Shown here: positions 15,755 to 20,122 of the stretch, in pieces
How positions within the stretch are numbered: the stretch's first letter is position 1
How the letters are laid out: each line of letters starts with the position of its first letter
From: Elusimicrobiota bacterium
GTDB lineage: Bacteria > Elusimicrobiota > Elusimicrobia > UBA1565
Reading direction: 5' to 3'
Assembly: GCA_043819795.1 (NCBI GenBank)
Contig: JBDREN010000149.1
Location: 1-20,122, forward strand
DNA length: 20,122 nucleotides
The notes under the pieces: model-generated
The model's database searches: none
Seen by the model: the letters and a program-made list of their open reading frames with translations, nothing else
Told to the model about the DNA's origin: nothing
Program-made: the position numbers and the translations under genes

Positions 15755-18030
15755 GCCGCCTCCCTTTCCTTTTCTCTCGTCTCGGGCCTCACGAAAAGCA
15801 GCTCCCTCAACCAGCCCGGTCCCGGCTCCTCGTATTCCTTGAAAAGTATGGAGGGCACCGTGATCCGCTGCAGGACCTCCGAGACCACGTTCGCTCCGAC
15901 CAAGTACTCGAGCGGAGTGGCCGAGCTGCCGCCCATGAGCACCAAGTCGAAGGTCCAGCTCTGCGACACGATGGCCCACGCCGGGCTTTCCGCGTAGATC
16001 ACGCGGATCTCGGGATCGAGGCCCGCCGCCTTGCTCAGCCCCTCGGCCTGAGCGCGATCCTTCTCCACCTCGCTGGAGGGCGCGTCCGGCGGGAAGATCA
16101 GTCCCATGGTGAGCTTGGCGCCCGAACGCTCGATCAGCGCGGGCGCCAGCTCCAGGGCCAGGCGCGCGTTGCGGTCGTTCTGGAACGGCAAGAAGACGCG
16201 CTTGACGCCCGCGAGGTCGAAGGACCCGCTCACGATGGCGACCTCGGCCGTCGACCGGCTGACCACCTCCTCCACCACCACGTTGAACAGCCGGGCGACA
16301 AGGCTCCGTTCGGAGGCCCTGCCCATCACGATGAAATTACAGGCCTCGTGCTGCGAGGTCTCCAGGATGATCTGCGACACGCGGTGCCCGACCACGAGGA
16401 TCGGCCGGACCGGGACCCCGCCCATGGCCACCGTCTCGCAGGCGTCCTCCAAGAGAGACATCCCGTGCCGGGCCTGCTCCAGATTGGTGTGCAGCGGCTC
16501 CCCGTCGCCGACCTCGACGGCGTGAAGCACGAGGATCTGCCCCCGGTGCTTGCGCGCCACGGCCATCGCGGCCTGCAGGATGCCGCCCATCTGCTCCTTG
16601 CGGTTGACGCACGCCAGGATGCGGTATTTCTTCTTCTCCAGCTGGCGCAGGAGGGTCTGCTGGGTCACGAACTCGATCTCGCGTCTGGAGGCGTACCACT
16701 TGTACACGGCGAGGCCCACCGCCACCCAGGCGGCGCAGATGAGCCCCGCCTTGACGCTGTGGAAGAACAGGAAGACCGCGAGCGCCCCCTGCACGGCGAT
16801 GCCGACGGCCGGCAGGACGGGAAAGAGGGGCATGACGAAGCCGCGGTCCAGCTCGGGCCGCTTGCGCCGGAGGCTGATCATGGCCGCCTGCACCTGCAGG
16901 AAGAGGAGCAGGAACATGATGTCCGCCGCCATCGCTACCTCCTCGATGGGCAAGGAGAGCGCCATCAGCAGGATCACGACGATGGAGATCGCGATGGCCC
17001 AGTGCGGCGTGCGCCGCTCGGGATGGACGCTCGCGAAGAGCTTGGGAAAGTTGCGGTCGCGGCCCATGGCGAAAGCCACCCGGGAAGAGGAGTATATGGT
17101 CGCGTTGAGCGCCGAGACCGTGGAGATGACGCCCGCGAAGAGCAGCATGACGCCGCCCCCCTTGAAGAAGGTCGTCGCCACCTCCACGAGAGCCACCTCT
17201 TTCTTCGCCCCGAGATACTCCCAAGGCCGCATCCCCGCCTCCTGGACCGCGCCGATGGCGGTGAACGCCACGAGGAGGTAGACGGGGATCACGATCAGCA
17301 GCGACAGGAAGATCGCCCTCGGGACGTTCCTCTTGGGGTCGACGAGCTCCTCGCTGCACTGGGTGATGATCTCGTAGCCCTCGAACGAGATGAAGGTCAG
17401 GCCCATCGCGACGAAGACGCCCCCGGCCCCGTGGGGAAGGAACGGCTGGTAGGAGGCCTGCCAGTCGACGCGCCCCAGGACGGCCGGGATCCCCACGGCC
17501 AGGAAGACGCCCAGGATGAGGAGCTTGCCGATGGTCACGATCGCCCCGACCGAGCCCGTCTCGGAGGCCCCCTTGTAGTTTACGTAGGCCATCAGGAGGC
17601 AGATGACCAGCGCGTAGAACTTCTCCGGGCCGAGCAGGGGGATGTTGACCGAGATCCCCAAGCTCCCCATCATCCAGTTGAGATACGCCCCGAAGCCCAG
17701 GGCGTAGACCGCGCAGGCCACCGCGTGGGCGAACCAGCTCATCCAGCCGCTCAAAAACCCGTTGGCCTTGGGGAGCCCCTCCTTCACCCAGAGGTACCCC
17801 CCGCCGGCGTCGTGGAAGCAGGAGCCGAGCTCCGCGTACGCCATGGCGCTGAAGAGCGTGACGACGCCGTTGAGCCCGAAGGCCAGGATGAGGCCGGGGC
17901 CGGCCAGCCCCGCCGCGATGCCCGTGAGGACGAAGATGCCCGCGCCGATCATCGCGCCCACGCCGATCATCGTGACCGAGAACAGCGACATCTCGCGGCT
18001 CAGGCGGACTTGGGTCTCGAATTTGCCCAC
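15751..18030 (-). CDS. APC-family amino acid/polyamine permease fused to tandem universal stress protein (USP) domains
   Basis: GTG start with GGGAGG RBS. APC motifs IGVGAMIGAGIF, YAELGS..AGGGY, SFEGYE and SSRVAFAMGRD. USP motifs RILACV..LHAVEV, FIVMGR and FDLVLMG. Confidence 0.92.
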   Translation of the reverse strand: MGKFETQVRLSREMSLFSVTMIGVGAMIGAGIFVLTGIAAGLAGPGLILAFGLNGVVTLFSAMAYAELGSCFHDAGGGYLWVKEGLPKANGFLSGWMSWFAHAVACAVYALGFGAYLNWMMGSLGISVNIPLLGPEKFYALVICLLMAYVNYKGASETGSVGAIVTIGKLLILGVFLAVGIPAVLGRVDWQASYQPFLPHGAGGVFVAMGLTFISFEGYEIITQCSEELVDPKRNVPRAIFLSLLIVIPVYLLVAFTAIGAVQEAGMRPWEYLGAKKEVALVEVATTFFKGGGVMLLFAGVISTVSALNATIYSSSRVAFAMGRDRNFPKLFASVHPERRTPHWAIAISIVVILLMALSLPIEEVAMAADIMFLLLFLQVQAAMISLRRKRPELDRGFVMPLFPVLPAVGIAVQGALAVFLFFHSVKAGLICAAWVAVGLAVYKWYASRREIEFVTQQTLLRQLEKKKYRILACVNRKEQMGGILQAAMAVARKHRGQILVLHAVEVGDGEPLHTNLEQARHGMSLLEDACETVAMGGVPVRPILVVGHRVSQIILETSQHEACNFIVMGRASERSLVARLFNVVVEEVVSRSTAEVAIVSGSFDLAGVKRVFLPFQNDRNARLALELAPALIERSGAKLTMGLIFPPDAPSSEVEKDRAQAEGLSKAAGLDPEIRVIYAESPAWAIVSQSWTFDLVLMGGSSATPLEYLVGANVVSEVLQRITVPSILFKEYEEPGPGWLRELLFVRPETREKEREAA

Positions 18031-18046
18031 GTCGGCTACCTCCCTC

Positions 18047-18763
18047 TCATCTCCGGGCGCACATCCGCACGAAGGACCGGAAAAGCCCCTTTGTCGGGCC
18101 GCTCCCGGGCGCGCGCTCCGGGTGCCACTGCACCGCGAGGATCTCGGCGCGGTCGCTCTCGATGGCCTCGATGATGCCGTCCTCGGCGAAGGCCACGGGG
18201 CGGAAGCGCGGAGCGACCCTCGAGACGGCCTGGTGATGGTCGCACAGCACCCTAAGGGAGGTCGTCCCCAGTATCCGCCGCAGGCGCGAGCGGGGGTCGA
18301 TCCGTATCCTGGAGCCGACTCCCTTGCCCCCCTGGTGGATCTTCTTGGACTTGGCGTCGCGCTTGATGTCTTGGAACAGGGTGCCGCCCTCCAGGACGTT
18401 GATCAGCTGCATCCCGTAGCACACTCCCAGGATGGGCAGCTTGCTCAGCCGGGCCCCCTGGTAGAGCTCACGCTCGAAGCGGAGGCGCGGGGGGAACACC
18501 GCACCCGTCCCCGGCTTGGGGCGCTCGCCGTAGAGCCGGGGGTCCACGTCGTCCCCGCCCACGATGATGAGCCCGTCGATGCCGTCGAAGTAGCGCCGGA
18601 TGATGCGGGGACGGCGGCCTATGGGTAGCAGGACCGGGAATCCCCCCGCCTCCTTGACCGCGTCGGGATAGCGGTGGTCGCAGAACAGCTCGTAGGCGCG
18701 CGGCTCCGCGGACGGGATATGGACATCGCACGTGATCCCGATGAAAGGCTCCCGGACGGTCAT
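18047..18763 (-). CDS. Gamma-glutamyl-gamma-aminobutyrate hydrolase family protein (PuuD-like, peptidase C26 class-I glutamine amidotransferase)
   Basis: ATGA overlap, 238 aa starting MTVREPFIGIT. Motifs DGLIIVGGDDVDP, nucleophile PILGVCYGMQLIN, HHQAV and AVQWHPE. Confidence 0.9.
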   Translation of the reverse strand: MTVREPFIGITCDVHIPSAEPRAYELFCDHRYPDAVKEAGGFPVLLPIGRRPRIIRRYFDGIDGLIIVGGDDVDPRLYGERPKPGTGAVFPPRLRFERELYQGARLSKLPILGVCYGMQLINVLEGGTLFQDIKRDAKSKKIHQGGKGVGSRIRIDPRSRLRRILGTTSLRVLCDHHQAVSRVAPRFRPVAFAEDGIIEAIESDRAEILAVQWHPERAPGSGPTKGLFRSFVRMCARR

Positions 18764-19863
18764 AGAAGCTTGAGCCTCCGCCGGCCCAGCCAGGTGTCCT
18801 GGAGGCTGGGGAGGTCGACCTTCAGCTTCCGGGCGAAATCGAGGATGGTGTCCCCGCTGAGCAGGGTGTCCAGCGCGGCCGCGTACCGCTTGGCGAAGCG
18901 GCGCTGCCACGTCTGCGGATGCTCCTCATAGGCCCCGCCGGCGGCCTCCGCGATCAGGGCGCTCCCGCCGACCCCTCTCTTGAGGAGCTTGAACGTCGTC
19001 CAAAGCTCCTGGGGGATGTCCATGTCCGCCAGCTGCCGCCGGAAGGTCCAGACGAAGCGGTCGAGGTACTCCGTCGCGGGCAGCCATCTGCCGTTCCAGC
19101 ACAGATGCGCCCGCATCCCCTCGGCGGCGGCGCGCTCGCGGCTCTCCAGATAGGCGCGATGGGTGATCTTGTTGGCCGCCTTCTCGCCCGCCCGCCAGGC
19201 CAGGGCCGCGGCCTTCAGCAGGCAGACGCCCGCCATGACGTACTCGGGGATGTTCGCGTCCATCACCCGGACCTCCAGGGTCGCGGGCTTCGTCTTGCGG
19301 CCGGGGCTGAAGACCACCTCGTCGAGGGCGCGGGACGTGAGCTGGTGGCGGCGGACGGGCCGGAAATAGAGCTTGCTCGCTCTGAGGATCCGGTTGGAGG
19401 CCCGGTCCGTGCGCTCGTCCGCCCATACCGGCGAGTTGGCCCCCACGGCGACGAGCAGGGGTATGTGGTCGTGCAGGTGCCAGGAGAGGTGCCGCGCCCG
19501 CTCCCTGGTGAGCCTCTCGTCCGCCAAGGACAGGTGGACGTGGGCGCCGGCGAACCGGTCCCGCCAGCCGCCGACCAGAAACAGCTTCTTGGACTTGCGC
19601 GAGGCCGATTTTCTCCGGTAGAGATGGGTGTTGTACTTGCGCAGCCCGGCCCGCAGGAGGAAGAGGCCCTCGCGGATGCTGTGGAACGGCCGGCTGTTGT
19701 ATTCGGTGCCGATGCTCCAGTCCCTGCCGAAACGCTCGCCCTTCTCCCCGAGGCCCTTGCGCGGAAAAGCCGACTCCCGGCTGATGGTGAACTCGGGGAG
19801 GAGGATGGTATAGCTCTCCACCTCGATCCCGGCGACGATACGCCGATGGGAATCCTCTCCCAC
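18760..19863 (-). CDS. Glutamate-cysteine ligase family 2 (GCS2/YbdK-like) carboxylate-amine ligase
   Basis: Motifs VAGIEVE, GTEYNS, AGAHVHLS, GANSPVW and TLEVRVMD. GTG start, 367 aa. Confidence 0.8.
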   Translation of the reverse strand: MGEDSHRRIVAGIEVESYTILLPEFTISRESAFPRKGLGEKGERFGRDWSIGTEYNSRPFHSIREGLFLLRAGLRKYNTHLYRRKSASRKSKKLFLVGGWRDRFAGAHVHLSLADERLTRERARHLSWHLHDHIPLLVAVGANSPVWADERTDRASNRILRASKLYFRPVRRHQLTSRALDEVVFSPGRKTKPATLEVRVMDANIPEYVMAGVCLLKAAALAWRAGEKAANKITHRAYLESRERAAAEGMRAHLCWNGRWLPATEYLDRFVWTFRRQLADMDIPQELWTTFKLLKRGVGGSALIAEAAGGAYEEHPQTWQRRFAKRYAAALDTLLSGDTILDFARKLKVDLPSLQDTWLGRRRLKLL

Positions 19864-19977
19864 CCCGCCTTACCCGTTCCCGGACGTCATTTCCCGCAAC
19901 ATTAGCATTTTTGCCGGGGCCGGAAGCGCCCGGGCCCGCGGGCGCTCCTAGGCCCTTGGACCCACCTTCCGGGGGGG

Positions 19978-20122
19978 CTAAGCTGAAGTTCCCCGGCAAT
20001 TTCCGAGAGATGTCCTGATAATATTAGAGGATTTCGCAAGAATCGACTTCGCCGTTCTGTCTACACCGCGATGGTCTCCAAAAGGTCGTAGGCGCGTTGT
20101 TGCTTCGCGTTCGGCGTAGTGA
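19978..20122 (-). mobile_element. Right end of a probable IS1634-family insertion sequence
   Basis: A transposase-like tail is followed by about 80 bp of AT-richer DNA ending in GGGGAACTTCAGCTTAG (minus strand), a candidate terminal inverted repeat. The other end lies outside the window. Confidence 0.5.
20061..20122 (-). CDS. C-terminus of a probable IS1634-family transposase (partial)
   Basis: The minus strand reads ..TTPNAKQQRAYDLLETIAV*, matching the T-T-P-x-x-x-Q-x-R-A-F/Y-x-L-L tail I recall for IS1634 transposases. Only 19 residues are visible. Confidence 0.6.
   Translation of the reverse strand, partial: TTPNAKQQRAYDLLETIAV

Noticed and set aside
15658..18174. 838-aa plus-strand ORF and similar long antisense ORFs (2559-4103, 4642-5970, 12409-13932, 18919-19905)
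   Set aside because: High-GC antisense artefacts opposite well-supported genes, with no recognisable motifs.

Overview
GC-rich bacterial window, probably from a diderm because it encodes an outer-membrane barrel. From left to right: (i) the 5' part of a large secreted right-handed beta-helix protein (minus strand, runs off the left edge, missed by the ORF track) with a 546-bp tandem duplication and a second 288-bp repeat; (ii) an FprA/adrenodoxin-reductase-type ferredoxin-NADP+ reductase; (iii) a divergent metal-uptake operon with a near-consensus sigma70 promoter, a small DUF2946-like leader protein (membrane segment, HxH..H..CxxC, C-terminal RAPP), a His-rich outer-membrane barrel, a ZnuA/TroA-family binding protein and two ZnuB-type permeases, but no ATPase; (iv) an exported TPR-like protein, a degenerate Hsp90/GHKL-like protein and a DUF2007/zinc-finger protein; (v) a GH13 alpha-amylase split by a 1-nt frameshift, followed by an unknown membrane protein; (vi) a minus-strand operon encoding a GCS2 carboxylate-amine ligase, a PuuD-like gamma-glutamyl hydrolase, an APC permease-USP fusion and a CmpX-like membrane protein; (vii) the probable 3' end of an IS1634-family transposase. 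The best candidate for a new system is the RAPP leader. Its last codons (CCTCTTGG, 4514-4521) are exactly complementary to the Shine-Dalgarno region of the next gene (CCAAGAGG, 4589-4596). This suggests a metal-sensing ribosome-arrest switch controlling a porin plus ATPase-less ABC-type metal importer. All family calls come from motif recognition by eye; no database searches were run.
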